A stretch of DNA of 64,000 nucleotides from a bacterium (GCA_030693325.1 JAUYAV010000011.1:1368-65367), one strand, 5' to 3'; counted from the first letter of the stretch, positions 9,671 to 21,489 are shown. Notes: generated by a model not told the origin, from the sequence alone. Numbers and translations are program-made.

Positions 9671-12600
9671 ATGAATTCTTTAACAAAGAAAAATTTCTCT
9701 TCTTATCAAAAACCGTTTATTGAGGAGTCAAATCTAATAGAAATTCAAACTAAATCCTATAAGTGGCTTTTAACCGCCGGCTTAAAAGACCTTTTTGAAG
9801 AATTTTTTCCGATTAAGGACCGAACCGGAAAAGAACTGGAACTTCATTTTCTTGATTTTGATTTTGACGAACCCAAATATGATGAAATTCAAGCTCAGAA
9901 CAAAGAGCAAAGCTACGAAGCCACTCTCCGGGTTAAATTAAAATTAGTAAACAATCTCTCTAAAACCAGCAATACCCAAAAAATTTATTTCGGCGATTTC
10001 CCGATGATGACCGAGCGGGGAACGTTTATTATCAACGGCGTGGAAAGAGTGGTGATTTCCCAGTTAATCAGATCCGCCGGCGTTTATTTCTCGGCCGATA
10101 TTTTCCGGGGACGGAAATTTTTCGGCGCCAAAGTGATTCCTAATAGGGGCGCGTGGCTTGAAATAGAATCCGAACCCAACGGTTTCATCGGCGTAAAAAT
10201 AGACCGGAAAAGAAAAGTTCCGATTACCTGTCTTTTGAGAATTTTTGCCGCGGTTGCCGATAAAAAGAAATCGCTTACCAATGAAGAAATTCTTAAAATT
10301 TTCGGCAAAGCGATTGAACCGACTCTCCTGAAAGATACCGCCTCCAATGATGACGAATCTTTCGTGGAAATTTATAAAAGATTGCGTCCCGGCGATTTAG
10401 CTACGGCTGACAATGCCCGTTCTTTAATCCAGCCGATGTTTTCGCGATTTGACCGTTATGATATTTCTCCGGTTGGCCGTTTTAAAATTAATCAGCGGTT
10501 GGATCTTAAAAAAGAATCGCGACAACTTGATTTGGAAGATCTGATAGCAATTATCAAAGAAATTGTAAAACTTAATAACGAACCGATGGCCGAAGCCGAT
10601 GATATTGACCACCTCGGTAATCGCCGCGTGAGAGCGGTGGGAGAATTGGTTCAGAACAGATTGCGGGTCGGGTTCGCCAGAATGCGCAGGGTTATTCAGG
10701 ACAGGATGTCAACCTTAAACGCTATGGAAATATCAATGCCGACACAGTTGATTAATCCCAAAATTTTGATAGCGGTGGTAAAGGAATTCTTTATGCTTTC
10801 CCAGTTTTCTCAGTTTATGAACCAAGAAAATTTCTTGGCCGAACTTGAGCATAAGCGTTTGCTTTCGGTTTTGGGTCCCGGCGGATTGACTCGCGAGCGG
10901 GCCGGATTTGAAGTCCGCGATGTTCATCGTTCTTACTACGGACGTATTTGCCCGATTCAAACTCCCGAAGGAGCTAATATTGGATTGGTCAATCACTTAG
11001 CCAATCTCAGCCGGGTGAATGAATTCGGTTTCCTGGAGGCGCCATATTATAAAGTTAAAAATGGGATAGTCGGTTTGGAAGTGATCTGGCTTGACGCTTT
11101 TGAGGAAGAAAAATATAACATCGCTCACGCCGCCATTGATATTGATAAAAAAGGAAAAATTTTAGAATCCACGGTTGAAGCGAGAATTAAAGGCGAGCCG
11201 GCCACTTGTTTAAGAGAAGAACTTGATTTTATTGATGCCGCTCCGCATCAGGTTTTTTCCCCGGCCGCTTCCTTGATTCCTTTTATTGAACACGATGACG
11301 CCAACCGGGCGTTAATGGGTTCAAACATGCAACGACAAGCCGTTCCGCTGATTAAACCGGAAGCTCCGTTAGTAGGCACCGGGCTGGAAGGAAAAATCGC
11401 CGAGAATTCCCACCAAGTGATTACCGCTCCGGCTGACGGAGAAATTACCGTCGTTGACGCTAAACATATTGAGCTGAAAACTGCCGCGGGAACAAAAAAA
11501 TATGATTTGATTAAATTCAAACGGTCCAATCAATCAACCTGCATCTCTCAATATCCGGTTATCAAAAAAGGACAAAAAATAAAGAAAGGGGATTTTTTAA
11601 CCAGCGCCTCTTCAATAGACAATGGCCAGTTGGCATTAGGGCAGAATCTTTTAGTGGCTTTCACTCCGTGGGAAGGAGCCAATTTTGAAGATGCGGTTAT
11701 TCTTTCGGAGAGAGTAGTGAATGATGACCGTTTCACGTCCATACATATTGAAGATCACTACTGTGACGTCCGCGAAACCAAACTTGGCCCGGAAATTACT
11801 ACTCCTGATATTCCCAATGTATCCGAAGATAAATTAAGAAACCTTGATGAAGAGGGAACTGTTAGAATTGGAACCGAAGTTAACCCGGATGATATTTTGG
11901 TGGGAAAAATTTCTCCAAAAGGGGAATCTGAATTAACCTCCGAAGAACGTTTATTGAGGGCTATTTTTGGCGAAGAAGCCCGCGATGTTAAAGACACTTC
12001 TCTGGTAATGCCTCACGGAGAACAAGGGCGGGTTATTGGCATAAAAATTTCTTCCCGTGAAAAAGGAGACCAACTTGACCCGGGCGTCATAAAAAGAATC
12101 CAAATCCAGGTAGCCCAGTTAAGCAATATCCAGGTCGGCGATAAATTGACGGGCCGCCACGGAAATAAAGGCGTCATTTCTCAAATCAGACCGGTTGAAG
12201 ACATGCCTTATCTTGAAGATGGAACGCCGGTTGACGTGATTCTTAATCCTTTGGGCGTTGCTTCCCGGATGAATATCGGCCAAATTTTGGAAACCCATTT
12301 GGGTTTTGCCGCCAAAAAATTAGGATATCAGGCGGTTACTCCGATTTTCACCGGCGCTTCTGAAGACCAAATAAGAGAAGAACTCAAGAAAGCCGGTCTG
12401 CCGGAAGACGGAAAAGTAAAAATTTTTGACGGCCGGACCGGTGAAGCTTTCCGTAATCCGATAACGGTCGGCTACATATATGTAATGAAGCTTAACCACT
12501 TGGTTAAAGATAAAATTCACATGCGGTCTACCGGCCCCTACTCTCTTATCACTCAACAGCCCTTGGGCGGCAAAGCGCGTCTTGGCGGCCAGCGTTTCGG

Positions 12601-15600
12601 AGAAATGGAAGTCTGGGCCCTTGAAGGGTACGGCGCCAGTCATACGCTTCAGGAAATGCTTACTATTAAATCCGATGACGTAATGGGCCGTTCTTCAACT
12701 TTTGAATCCATAATCAAAGGAGAAAAAATCAAAAAACCCAGTTTACCGGCTTCCTTCAATGTTTTGGTAAGTGAAATTAAAAGCTTGGGATTGGACGTGG
12801 AAATAATAAAATCCAACGACCAAAAAGACAGGTTGGAAAAAGACCTTAAAGATATTCAGGCTATTTCCATAAAATTGGCCTCGCCGGAAAAAATTATTTC
12901 TTGGTCTTCAGGAGAAGTCACTAAAGCCGAAACCATCAACTACCGCACCCAACGACCCGAAAAAGACGGATTATTTTCCGAGAGAATTTTCGGACCGACC
13001 AAGGACTGGGAATGTTATTGCGGCAAATATAAAAAAATCCGTTACAAAGGCGTGGTCTGCGACAAGTGCGGCGTTGAAGTCACTCGCTCAATAGTCAGAC
13101 GCGAACGGATGGGGCACATTAATTTAGCCGCTCCGGTTGTTCATATTTGGTTTCTGAAAAGCGTCCCTTCAAGATTAAGTTTGATTCTTGACGCGCCCCT
13201 GCCGAAACTGGAAAAAGTCATTTATTACGCCTCCTATATTGTCACGGCTATTAATAAAGACAGCAAAGATTATGAATTTAAAAAGAAAGAACTGCTTGCC
13301 GAAAATATCAAACCAGGGACAATTTTGAACGAGAACGAATATCTTGATTTAAGCGAACGTTTTGAAAAAACCTTGGAAATTAAATCCGGCGCCGAGGCGA
13401 TTCGGAAAATTTTAGAGAACTTAGACCTTAAAACTCTGGTTCATCAGCTGGAAAAAGAACTAGAAGAGACCAAAGACGCCAATCGCCAAATACGAATTTT
13501 AAAACGGCTCAATTTGGTAAAATCCATGATAAAATCCGGCATCAGACCCGAATGGATGATTATGAATGTCTTGCCGGTTTTGCCTCCCGATTTAAGGCCG
13601 ATGGTCGCTTTAGACGGCGGTCGTTTCGCCACTTCCGACCTTAACGATCTTTATCGGAGAGTTATTAATCGCAATAATCGTTTGAAGAAACTGCTTGAAT
13701 TGAAAGCGCCGGAAGTGATTGTCACTAACGAAAAGCGAATGTTGCAGGAAGCCGTTGACGCTTTAATAGACAACGCCAGTTCCATCGGCGCCCAACAACT
13801 TTCCGCTCAGCGCCGTCCATTAAAATCCCTGGCTGATATGCTCCGGGGCAAACAGGGCCGTTTCCGCCAAAATCTTTTGGGCAAACGGGTTGATTATTCC
13901 GGCCGCTCCGTAATTGTCGTCGGCCCCGAATTAAAACTTGGCGAATGCGGTTTGCCTAAAAAAATGGCCTTGGAACTTTTTCGTCCTTTTATTATCCATA
14001 AAGTTATTGAACGCAGTTTGGCTCATAATATTAAAAACGCCAATAAATTTATTGACCAGGGTTCGGACGAGGTCTGGGCGATTTTAGAAGAAGTCATCGC
14101 GGACAAAAAAGTACTGCTTAACCGGGCGCCGACTCTCCACCGTTTGAGCATCCAGGCCTTTAAACCGATTCTTGTGGAAGGATTGGCTATTAAAATTCCG
14201 CCGCTGGTTTGCGCGGCTTTTAATGCCGACTTTGACGGCGACCAAATGGCCGTCCATCTGCCGCTTTCCGAAGAAGCTCAATATGAAGCCAGAGAACTCA
14301 TACTCTCTACGGTTAATCTCTTGAAACCGGCTTCAGGCCACCCGGTCGTCAGTCCTACTCAGGATATCGTCTTGGGCTGTTATTTCCTTACCAAACTCCA
14401 GCCGGAAGCGAAGGGAAAAAATTCAATCTTTTCAAGCTTTGCCGAAGCCACTTTGGCTTATGAGCGCGGTTTTCTTGACCTTAACGCGCCGATTAAAATC
14501 GCCCTTCCGAAAAGAAGCAAAAAACTCATAGATACAACTTATGGCCGTTTAATCTTCAATAATCAGCTTCCGAAAAATTTTGATTTTATCAACGAACTGC
14601 TCAATAAAACCGCTCTCTCAAAAATCAGTTCCTTGATTATAGAAAAAGTGGGCATCAATCAAGCCGCCGTTTATTTGGACAACATTAAAAATATCGGCTT
14701 TGAATACGCCACCATTTCCGGAATTACCTGGGGAATGGACGATTTGAAAATACCGGAACAAAAACCTCAAATCATTGAAAAAGCGGAAAAAGAAGTAGCC
14801 ACGGTCAATGACGAATTCCGCCAGGGATTATTAACTAACGAAGAAAGAAAAAATCAGGTTATTATTATTTGGGATAAAACCAATAAAGAAATCGCCAGTC
14901 TTGTTCCTAAAACATTCCATCCCGACAATCCTGTCTTTATTATTTTAGATTCCAAAGCCCGCGGCGGCTGGGCGCAAACGGCCCAGATGACCGGCATGAA
15001 AGGATTGGTTATCAACCCGAGTGGAGAAGTCATTGAATTGCCCGTTAAATCATCTTATAAAGAAGGATTGGACATTTTAGAATACTTTATTTCCATTCAC
15101 GGCGCCCGCAAAGGCCAGGCCGACACCGCGCTCAGAACGGCAGAAGCCGGATATTTGACCCGCCGTTTGATTGATGTAGCCCAGGACGTAATAATCCAGG
15201 AGGAGGATTGCCAAACAGAAGAAGGAATTGAAATTTTCAGAAAAGAAGGGGACGAATACGGTTATCATTTTGCCGAGCGGCTTTATTCGCGAACGGCTTT
15301 GGAAAATATAAAAATTAAAAGCAAAATTATCGTGAAAGCCGGTGAAGTTATCGGCCGCGAAGCCGCCGAGCTTATTGATAAATCAAAAGTGGAATCAGCT
15401 AAGGTCCGCTCGCCGATTACCTGTAAAACTCTTTACGGAATTTGTTCGCGCTGTTACGGCTTGGATTTAGGAACTAACCAGCCGATAAAACTGGGAGAAG
15501 CTGTCGGGATTATCGCCGCTCAATCAATCGGCGAGCCCGGAACTCAGCTTACTTTGAGAACCTTCCATTCCGGCGGCGTGGCCGGGATTGATATCACCCA

Positions 15601-16363
15601 CGGTTTGCCGCGGGTAGAAGAGGTTTTTGAAGCCCGTTCGCCTCGCGGGAAAGCCATCCTGGCCGAAACTGATGGCGTTGTTGAATCCATTAAAGAAGAT
15701 AATTCAATAAAAATCGTAAAAATAAAAAGTTCGGCTTCAAAAGGCAAAAAAGCCAAATATTTTGAATATACGATTCCTCGGACGACCATCCTTTTGGTAA
15801 AAACCAATGACAAAATCGTTAAGGGCCAGCAAGTCAGCGAAGGTTCAATTAATTTAAAAGAGCTTTTAATCGCCCAAAATAGCCGAGAAGTGGAGCGCTA
15901 TATCGTCAACGAAATTCAAAAAATTTATGTCCCCGAAGGAACTATTATCAATGACAAGCATATTGAAATAATCATCCGCCAAATGTTTTCTCGGGTAACA
16001 ATTAAAGAAGAAGGAGATACTAATTTTGTCATCGGCGATGTCATTGAAAAATCAAAATTCTTGGAAGTTAACCGGCAAACCAAAAAACTCAAAGGCGAAC
16101 CGGCAAAAGCCCAGCTTATTTTGATGGGCATCACCCAGGTCAGCTTAACCACTGAAAGTTTCCTCTCGGCGGCTTCTTTCCAGGAAACTTCTCGCGTCTT
16201 GGTAGGGGCGGCCATCAGCGGCAAGGTTGATAAACTCCGCGGCCTTAAAGAAAACGTGATTATCGGCCGCTTGATTCCGGCTGGCATCGGCTGGCGGGGA
16301 ATACCCGTGGAAGCCGTCAGCGACGAAGAAGAAAATAAAGAGATTGAAGAAGGCAACAAATAA
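9671..16363 (+). CDS. rpoBC: Fused RNA polymerase beta-beta' subunit
   Basis: One open frame holds beta motifs ([23 protein letters not shown]) and beta' motifs ([31 protein letters not shown]); ATG at 9671 after the mltG stop. Confidence 0.95.
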   Translation: MNSLTKKNFSSYQKPFIEESNLIEIQTKSYKWLLTAGLKDLFEEFFPIKDRTGKELELHFLDFDFDEPKYDEIQAQNKEQSYEATLRVKLKLVNNLSKTSNTQKIYFGDFPMMTERGTFIINGVERVVISQLIRSAGVYFSADIFRGRKFFGAKVIPNRGAWLEIESEPNGFIGVKIDRKRKVPITCLLRIFAAVADKKKSLTNEEILKIFGKAIEPTLLKDTASNDDESFVEIYKRLRPGDLATADNARSLIQPMFSRFDRYDISPVGRFKINQRLDLKKESRQLDLEDLIAIIKEIVKLNNEPMAEADDIDHLGNRRVRAVGELVQNRLRVGFARMRRVIQDRMSTLNAMEISMPTQLINPKILIAVVKEFFMLSQFSQFMNQENFLAELEHKRLLSVLGPGGLTRERAGFEVRDVHRSYYGRICPIQTPEGANIGLVNHLANLSRVNEFGFLEAPYYKVKNGIVGLEVIWLDAFEEEKYNIAHAAIDIDKKGKILESTVEARIKGEPATCLREELDFIDAAPHQVFSPAASLIPFIEHDDANRALMGSNMQRQAVPLIKPEAPLVGTGLEGKIAENSHQVITAPADGEITVVDAKHIELKTAAGTKKYDLIKFKRSNQSTCISQYPVIKKGQKIKKGDFLTSASSIDNGQLALGQNLLVAFTPWEGANFEDAVILSERVVNDDRFTSIHIEDHYCDVRETKLGPEITTPDIPNVSEDKLRNLDEEGTVRIGTEVNPDDILVGKISPKGESELTSEERLLRAIFGEEARDVKDTSLVMPHGEQGRVIGIKISSREKGDQLDPGVIKRIQIQVAQLSNIQVGDKLTGRHGNKGVISQIRPVEDMPYLEDGTPVDVILNPLGVASRMNIGQILETHLGFAAKKLGYQAVTPIFTGASEDQIREELKKAGLPEDGKVKIFDGRTGEAFRNPITVGYIYVMKLNHLVKDKIHMRSTGPYSLITQQPLGGKARLGGQRFGEMEVWALEGYGASHTLQEMLTIKSDDVMGRSSTFESIIKGEKIKKPSLPASFNVLVSEIKSLGLDVEIIKSNDQKDRLEKDLKDIQAISIKLASPEKIISWSSGEVTKAETINYRTQRPEKDGLFSERIFGPTKDWECYCGKYKKIRYKGVVCDKCGVEVTRSIVRRERMGHINLAAPVVHIWFLKSVPSRLSLILDAPLPKLEKVIYYASYIVTAINKDSKDYEFKKKELLAENIKPGTILNENEYLDLSERFEKTLEIKSGAEAIRKILENLDLKTLVHQLEKELEETKDANRQIRILKRLNLVKSMIKSGIRPEWMIMNVLPVLPPDLRPMVALDGGRFATSDLNDLYRRVINRNNRLKKLLELKAPEVIVTNEKRMLQEAVDALIDNASSIGAQQLSAQRRPLKSLADMLRGKQGRFRQNLLGKRVDYSGRSVIVVGPELKLGECGLPKKMALELFRPFIIHKVIERSLAHNIKNANKFIDQGSDEVWAILEEVIADKKVLLNRAPTLHRLSIQAFKPILVEGLAIKIPPLVCAAFNADFDGDQMAVHLPLSEEAQYEARELILSTVNLLKPASGHPVVSPTQDIVLGCYFLTKLQPEAKGKNSIFSSFAEATLAYERGFLDLNAPIKIALPKRSKKLIDTTYGRLIFNNQLPKNFDFINELLNKTALSKISSLIIEKVGINQAAVYLDNIKNIGFEYATISGITWGMDDLKIPEQKPQIIEKAEKEVATVNDEFRQGLLTNEERKNQVIIIWDKTNKEIASLVPKTFHPDNPVFIILDSKARGGWAQTAQMTGMKGLVINPSGEVIELPVKSSYKEGLDILEYFISIHGARKGQADTALRTAEAGYLTRRLIDVAQDVIIQEEDCQTEEGIEIFRKEGDEYGYHFAERLYSRTALENIKIKSKIIVKAGEVIGREAAELIDKSKVESAKVRSPITCKTLYGICSRCYGLDLGTNQPIKLGEAVGIIAAQSIGEPGTQLTLRTFHSGGVAGIDITHGLPRVEEVFEARSPRGKAILAETDGVVESIKEDNSIKIVKIKSSASKGKKAKYFEYTIPRTTILLVKTNDKIVKGQQVSEGSINLKELLIAQNSREVERYIVNEIQKIYVPEGTIINDKHIEIIIRQMFSRVTIKEEGDTNFVIGDVIEKSKFLEVNRQTKKLKGEPAKAQLILMGITQVSLTTESFLSAASFQETSRVLVGAAISGKVDKLRGLKENVIIGRLIPAGIGWRGIPVEAVSDEEENKEIEEGNK

Positions 16364-16446
16364 GTTTGACTTTGGGAAAAAGTTTGATATTCTAATGATG
16401 AAAGTGGATAAGCGCTAATAAATATCCGCATAAATCAGCGTACTTT

Positions 16447-16872
16447 ATGGAAGAAATTGAAAAAAGAAAATACGAGATTGGTTTCGTGATAAAAACCGAA
16501 GACGCGGCGATTATCTCTCAATCCTTGAAAAACAGGGGATTTGTTGTTTTGGCTGAAAATCCTTTAGAAAAGATTCAGCTGGCTTATCTCATAAAAAAAG
16601 AAAGTTACGCTTATTTCAGTTATTCCCATTTTGAAGGCGATCCGGCCGCTATTAAAGAGTTGAAAGAAGATCTTAAGCTCAACCCGGAAGTTCTGCGTTA
16701 TTTGATAATCACTCCGCCTTTCATAAAAAAACTCGCCTGGAGAAACCCCGCGTTTTCCGAAACATCCGGAGAAATGAAATTCACTCCGCCTGTCGCTAAA
16801 CGAAGTCCGGCTATTGAATCAATCTTAACCAATGAAGCGTTGGAAAAGAAAATTGAAGAAATATTAAAATAA
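16447..16872 (+). CDS. rpsF: 30S ribosomal protein S6
   Basis: KYEIGF, LAYLIKK, VLRYLI; rpsF-ssb-rpsR synteny. Confidence 0.85.
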   Translation: MEEIEKRKYEIGFVIKTEDAAIISQSLKNRGFVVLAENPLEKIQLAYLIKKESYAYFSYSHFEGDPAAIKELKEDLKLNPEVLRYLIITPPFIKKLAWRNPAFSETSGEMKFTPPVAKRSPAIESILTNEALEKKIEEILK

Positions 16873-16876
16873 AAAT

Positions 16877-17335
16877 ATGAATTTAAACAAAGTATTTCTT
16901 ATCGGTAATTTAACCAGGAACCCGGAACTTAGAGCTCTGCCTTCAGGCGCGGCAGTTGCTTCTTTCGGGATAGCCACTAATCGGATTTGGAAAAATCAGC
17001 AAGGCGAACGGCAGGAAGATGTGCAGTTTCATAATGTTGTTGTTTTCGGCCGTCAAGCTGAAATCGTGAACCAATATTTAACAAAAGGAAGCTTGGCGTT
17101 GATTGAGGGCCGGATTCAAACCAGCTCATGGGACGGAAAAGATGGAACTAAGCAATACAAAACGGAAATCGTGGCAGAAAGAGTCCAGTTTGGTCCGCGA
17201 AGCGCCGCAAAACAGGAAGGATTTGTTAAAAATGAAACACCAAAAGTCGTGAATCAAAATCCGCCAATTCGCGAAGAATTGCCGGAAATTAATATTGACG
17301 AAGGCGAAATAAGACCGGAAGATTTACCATTTTAA
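16877..17335 (+). CDS. ssb: Single-stranded DNA-binding protein
   Basis: NKVFLIGNLTRNPELR...EDLPF tail. Confidence 0.96.
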   Translation: MNLNKVFLIGNLTRNPELRALPSGAAVASFGIATNRIWKNQQGERQEDVQFHNVVVFGRQAEIVNQYLTKGSLALIEGRIQTSSWDGKDGTKQYKTEIVAERVQFGPRSAAKQEGFVKNETPKVVNQNPPIREELPEINIDEGEIRPEDLPF

Positions 17336-17339
17336 AATT

Positions 17340-17546
17340 ATGAATAAGAAACAGTGTTTTTTTTGTTCCCAAAATTTAAAAGACGTTGATTATAAAGAGA
17401 TTGAATTACTCCGGCGTTTTGTGTCCGGCCAAAGCAAAATCATTGACCCGCGATATTCCGGCATCTGCGCCAAACACCAGAGAAAACTGGCGCAAGCGAT
17501 AAAAAGAGCCCGGTATTTAGGATTATTGCCGTTTGTTTCAAGATAA
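17340..17546 (+). CDS. rpsR: 30S ribosomal protein S18 (Cys-containing form)
   Basis: CFFC, DYK, CAKHQRKLAQAIKRARYLGLLP. Confidence 0.96.
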   Translation: MNKKQCFFCSQNLKDVDYKEIELLRRFVSGQSKIIDPRYSGICAKHQRKLAQAIKRARYLGLLPFVSR

Positions 17547-17593
17547 TTACAGTAATTACTGTAATTACCGTAATTACGGTAATTGAATAAAAA

Positions 17594-18124
17594 ATGTCTT
17601 TCGATTTTTATATTTTTCAAGCTTTCCATAATTTAGCCAATAAGTCTAATTTTTTTGATGGGCTGATTGTTTTTTTGGCCGGCTACCTCCAGTATGTTTT
17701 ATTAGCTTTGGCGATTTTTCTGTTGCTTGCGAAAATAAAAGATTGGCGCCATCAGCTTTATATCGTTTCGGTTTTTCTACTTTCGGCTATTATCAGCCGG
17801 GGATTGATTACGGAAATTATCCGATTTTTCTATCACCGATTAAGGCCATTTTTGGCTCTCAATCTTACGCCCCTAGTCAAAGATTTCAGCGGCTCTTTCC
17901 CTTCCGGCCATATGACTTTGTATTTCGCTCTGGCTTTAACTATTTTTTTGATAAGCCGAAAATGGACCTGGTTTTTTGTCGCCAGCGTTATTTTGATGGG
18001 CCTGGCAAGAATCGCCGCCGGCGTTCACTGGCCTTCGGATATTATAGGCGGAATTCTAATTGCTATTATCAGTTATTTTATTGTCAAAAAAATTCTTCCC
18101 TCAAACAATAAAACCGCCAATTAA
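17594..18124 (+). CDS. PAP2-family phosphatase (undecaprenyl-PP phosphatase-like)
   Basis: RPF, SFPSGH, RIAAGVHWPSD motifs. Confidence 0.88.
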   Translation: MSFDFYIFQAFHNLANKSNFFDGLIVFLAGYLQYVLLALAIFLLLAKIKDWRHQLYIVSVFLLSAIISRGLITEIIRFFYHRLRPFLALNLTPLVKDFSGSFPSGHMTLYFALALTIFLISRKWTWFFVASVILMGLARIAAGVHWPSDIIGGILIAIISYFIVKKILPSNNKTAN

Positions 18125-18142
18125 GCGGTTTTATTTTTCTTG

Positions 18143-18226
18143 TGCCCGAGGAGAGAGTCGAACTCTCACGACCTAAACGGTCAATGGATTTTGAGTCCAT
18201 CGCGTCTGCCATTCCGCCACCCGGGC
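18143..18226 (-). tRNA. tRNA-Leu(CAA)
   Basis: Cloverleaf with long variable arm; anticodon arm atgga-ctCAAaa-tccat. Confidence 0.95.
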
Positions 18227-18276
18227 TCCTTTTTAATTATAACGCATAAATTTTAACAGCCAACTCGCGAAATTCA

Positions 18277-18423
18277 TAGCCAAACCAAACTTGTCTGAGA
18301 AAATATCCCGCAGGCACTGAAAGATTGGTTTCGCCGTAGGCGAATTTCAGCGCCGAGGGAAAAGAAAATTTTGCCGCTGGAGCAAAATTATTCTGGTTTT
18401 CGAAGGCAAGTTTGGTTTGGCTA
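18277..18423 (+). mobile_element. ~140-bp structured repeat element, copy 1
   Basis: Terminal inverted repeats caaaccaaacttg/caagtttggtttg; shared core aatatcccgca...gaggg...cgctgga...attctgg. Confidence 0.85.
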
Positions 18424-18489
18424 AAACTAAAATCAATTCGGAAATGTATATTGATAATGCCATAATTTTTAGCTATAGTAAAGAAGAAT

Positions 18490-19299
18490 ATGGCCCGCGT
18501 TATTGCAATCTGTAATCAAAAAGGGGGAGTCGGAAAAACAACCACGGCGATGAACTTGGGCGCTTATTTAGCCGCTTTGGGACGGCGCTGTCTTTTGGTT
18601 GATTTTGACCCCCAAGCCAACGCCACTTCCGGTTTGGGGATAACGCCGCCACAAGAGTCAGTTTACACCGCTTTGATGAGCGGTCTAATCCCCAGCCATT
18701 TGATCAGAAGAACCGCCATTTTCGGCTACGAAGTTCTGCCGGCTTCCCAGGATTTAGCCGGCGCTTTGGTGGAATTAATTTCTTTGCCCGAGCGGGAATA
18801 TCAGTTAAGAAAAACTATCAATCAACTCCGGCATTTATACGATTTTATATTAATTGACTTGCCGCCCTCGCTTAATCTTCTGACTGTTAACGGGTTGATA
18901 GCCGCCGATGAAGTTTTGATGCCGATTCAATGCGAATATTACAGTTTGGAGGGGATAGGCCAGCTTTTAAAAACTATTGACCTTATTCGCGAAAATCTCG
19001 GCTATAAATTAAACGTGGCGGGTGCGGTTTTAACGATGTATAATAAAAAAGAACGGCTTTCTCGGGAAGTGGTTAAAGAAGTTAGAAGACATTTTCCTTA
19101 TCATGTTTTTAACTCTGAAATACCCCGAGCAGTCGCTTTGGCCGAAGCCCCAAGTTTCGGCAAACCCATTATTCTTTACGCTCCTAACACCCAAGCGGCT
19201 CGGGCTTATCTGCTTTTAACCAAAGAAATCATCAGCCAACAAGAGAAAGGCGCAAATAGTCAATTCGCTAATCAAGTTTTTGGTAACCTAATAACATAA
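18490..19299 (+). CDS. parA: ParA/Soj ATPase
   Basis: NQKGGVGKTTT, DPQANAT, AEAPSFG. Confidence 0.95.
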   Translation: MARVIAICNQKGGVGKTTTAMNLGAYLAALGRRCLLVDFDPQANATSGLGITPPQESVYTALMSGLIPSHLIRRTAIFGYEVLPASQDLAGALVELISLPEREYQLRKTINQLRHLYDFILIDLPPSLNLLTVNGLIAADEVLMPIQCEYYSLEGIGQLLKTIDLIRENLGYKLNVAGAVLTMYNKKERLSREVVKEVRRHFPYHVFNSEIPRAVALAEAPSFGKPIILYAPNTQAARAYLLLTKEIISQQEKGANSQFANQVFGNLIT

Positions 19300-19309
19300 T
19301 TTTTATAAT

Positions 19310-20344
19310 ATGCTCGGACGAGGTTTAGAATCTTTAATACCACGGAAAGATAATAAAGAAACGCCGGAAACCGAACAAAAAAATGCGTCTTCGGCGTCGG
19401 CGCCGGCTTCGGATTTTTTTTCATCCGATAGTCCGGAACTTAAAAAAGATTTAGCTGGTGTCTTACCTAAGCCGGAAGAAAATTTGAAATTAAACATCCA
19501 AGAACCTGCGCCGAAAAAAGATTTTCAGGAACTCCCCAGAAAACATCAGGAAGCCATATTTTTGATTGAAGTTGATGAAATCAAACCCAATCCTCATCAG
19601 CCAAGGCGCCATTTTGACGAAGAATCATTGAAAGAATTAGCCGCCTCCATTCAGGAATTCGGCATTCTCCAGCCGCTTCTCGTTTCCAAAATTGAAGAAG
19701 AAACCGAAAACGGCACCAAGGTAAGCTACCAATTGATAGCCGGTGAAAGAAGGTTTATGGCCGCCAAAATGCTCGGCCTGGAACGGGTGCCGGCAATTAT
19801 TAAAAAAATTGACCTTGAAACCAATAACCTGGAAATGGCGATCATTGAAAATATCCAGCGTGTTGACCTCAATCCGATAGAATCAGCCCGCGCTTTTGCC
19901 AAACTCCAGGACGAATTCCGCTTAACCCAGAGAGAAATCGCCCAAAGAGTGGGAAAAAGCCGGGAAGCGGTAGCCAATACTTTGCGGTTATTAAGCTTGC
20001 CCTCAAATATCCAGGATGCCCTGGCCCAAAAGAAAATAAACGAAAGCCAGGCCAGGATGCTTTTAACCGTCAGTGATTTAAACCAACAACAAGCGCTTTT
20101 TCAGGAATTAATAAACGGCGGCCTCAGTGTCAGAGATTTACGGGAAAAAATAAATCCCGAAGAAACAACCGGCCGTACCGAAGACCCGGAAAGTAAATAT
20201 ATGGAAAACCGGCTGGAAGAAGCGCTCGGCACTAAAGTCAATATCAGTAAAAATCAAAATAAAGGCAAAATCGTCATTAAATTTTTCTCACCGGAAGAAC
20301 TTGACGCCATTATCAAAAAAATCTGCCAGCCAGAGTCAGAATAA
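19310..20344 (+). CDS. parB: ParB/Spo0J
   Basis: LGRGLESLI, NPHQPR, AGERR, ENIQR, HTH. Confidence 0.95.
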   Translation: MLGRGLESLIPRKDNKETPETEQKNASSASAPASDFFSSDSPELKKDLAGVLPKPEENLKLNIQEPAPKKDFQELPRKHQEAIFLIEVDEIKPNPHQPRRHFDEESLKELAASIQEFGILQPLLVSKIEEETENGTKVSYQLIAGERRFMAAKMLGLERVPAIIKKIDLETNNLEMAIIENIQRVDLNPIESARAFAKLQDEFRLTQREIAQRVGKSREAVANTLRLLSLPSNIQDALAQKKINESQARMLLTVSDLNQQQALFQELINGGLSVRDLREKINPEETTGRTEDPESKYMENRLEEALGTKVNISKNQNKGKIVIKFFSPEELDAIIKKICQPESE

Positions 20345-20400
20345 TTTTGTCCAGGAGCAAACCAAACTTGCCTTCGAAAACCATACTTTTAATTAATGTG

Positions 20401-20625
20401 ATTTTTCACAAAACCTTTTCCGCCAGCAAATTTCCGTTCAGATAAATTATCTTCGCTCGTCCTCAGAAGGTAACGAAAAATATCGAACTCACCCAATCTT
20501 ACGAGGTTTAACCTCATAAGATTGGGATTCAGACAGCGAATATTTTTCTACTTCTTTCGTCCTCGCTCAGTAATTTATAACTTCACTTCAACAGGCTGGC
20601 TAAAAAAAGGTTTTGTGAAAAAAAT
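20401..20625. repeat. ~220-bp long imperfect hairpin (nested inverted repeats)
   Basis: Nested arms tttttcacaaaacctttt/aaaaggttttgtgaaaaa, gccagc/gctggc, ataaatta/taatttat, gaaaaatat/atatttttc, cccaatctta/taagattggg. Confidence 0.8.
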
Positions 20626-20662
20626 CTTCCTTACAAAACTTTCCTGAAAAGAAATTCAGGAG

Positions 20663-20801
20663 CAAACCAAACTTGTCTGAGAAAATATCCCGCAACCCCG
20701 ACGGGCTGGGTCTCGCCGAAGGCGAGCCGTCGGGGCGAGGGCAAAGAAAATTTTGCCGCTGGAGCAAAATTATTCTGGTTTTCGAAGGCAAGTTTGGTTT
20801 G
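20663..20801 (+). mobile_element. ~140-bp structured repeat element, copy 2
   Basis: Same ends and core as 18277-18423, with compensated inner stems. Confidence 0.85.
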
Positions 20802-20834
20802 TTTATTATTTTTTCCTCAACAACCTTAGATTAA

Positions 20835-21248
20835 TTAATATCTAATCTTTTTAATCTTATAAATTATTTTTATCGGGGAATTGATTTCTATTTCATCGGA
20901 AACTTTGTGATTCAGGAGCGCTTTGCCTACCGGCGACTCCGAAGATATTCTTCCTTCGCTGGGACTGGCTTCCAGTGTTCCCACGATTTCATATTCTTTA
21001 ATTTTACCATCGGAATTTTCCAGGGTAACAGTGGCCCCTAAATTGACGGTATCTTGTTTTTCTTTAGAAGGAATTTTGATAAGTTCGGCGTTTTTAAAAA
21101 CGTATTCCAGTTCCGCTATTTTAGATTCCGACAAATCAAAATTTTCCTCGGCTTTGGCCAGCCGGATTATCTTTAAATTCTTTAAATCCTGGTATTCTTT
21201 TTTTATCCTTTCCAGTCCTTTTTTAGTTAAATAAATTTTTTCTGACAT
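20835..21248 (-). CDS. GreA/GreB-family factor with shortened coiled coil
   Basis: IYLTKKG N-terminus, EASPSEGRISSESPVGKALL C-domain; lacks GDLSENAEY tip. Confidence 0.85.
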   Translation of the reverse strand: MSEKIYLTKKGLERIKKEYQDLKNLKIIRLAKAEENFDLSESKIAELEYVFKNAELIKIPSKEKQDTVNLGATVTLENSDGKIKEYEIVGTLEASPSEGRISSESPVGKALLNHKVSDEIEINSPIKIIYKIKKIRY

Positions 21249-21461
21249 ATATAGTTTATATTAAAAAACCTCCTTGGTTTCGGAGGTTCATCAGGTTTTT
21301 TATTTTTGTTTTTTATTTTTGGTTTATCCTGTTGAATCTCCGATGTAGGCCTTTGGTCGGGGTAATGACGCCGCCAAAAACCAAGCCGCGCATATAGCAG
21401 CCAGCGTGAAGATTCCAAAGATTGATTTTTGCTATTTTCTGACTCATTTTTATCTAATTTA

Positions 21462-21489
21462 ATTATAGGCGGGCAAGAAAGGTTGTCAA
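21462..21489 (-). promoter_or_regulatory. sigma70-type promoter (TTGACA-16-TATAAT) pointing towards the gre gene
   Basis: Consensus hexamers on the minus strand. Confidence 0.6.

Noticed and set aside
20600-20791. 63-aa ORF here, and the similar ORFs at 43326-43526 and 57618-57950
   Set aside because: Readings of the repeat element rather than independent genes.
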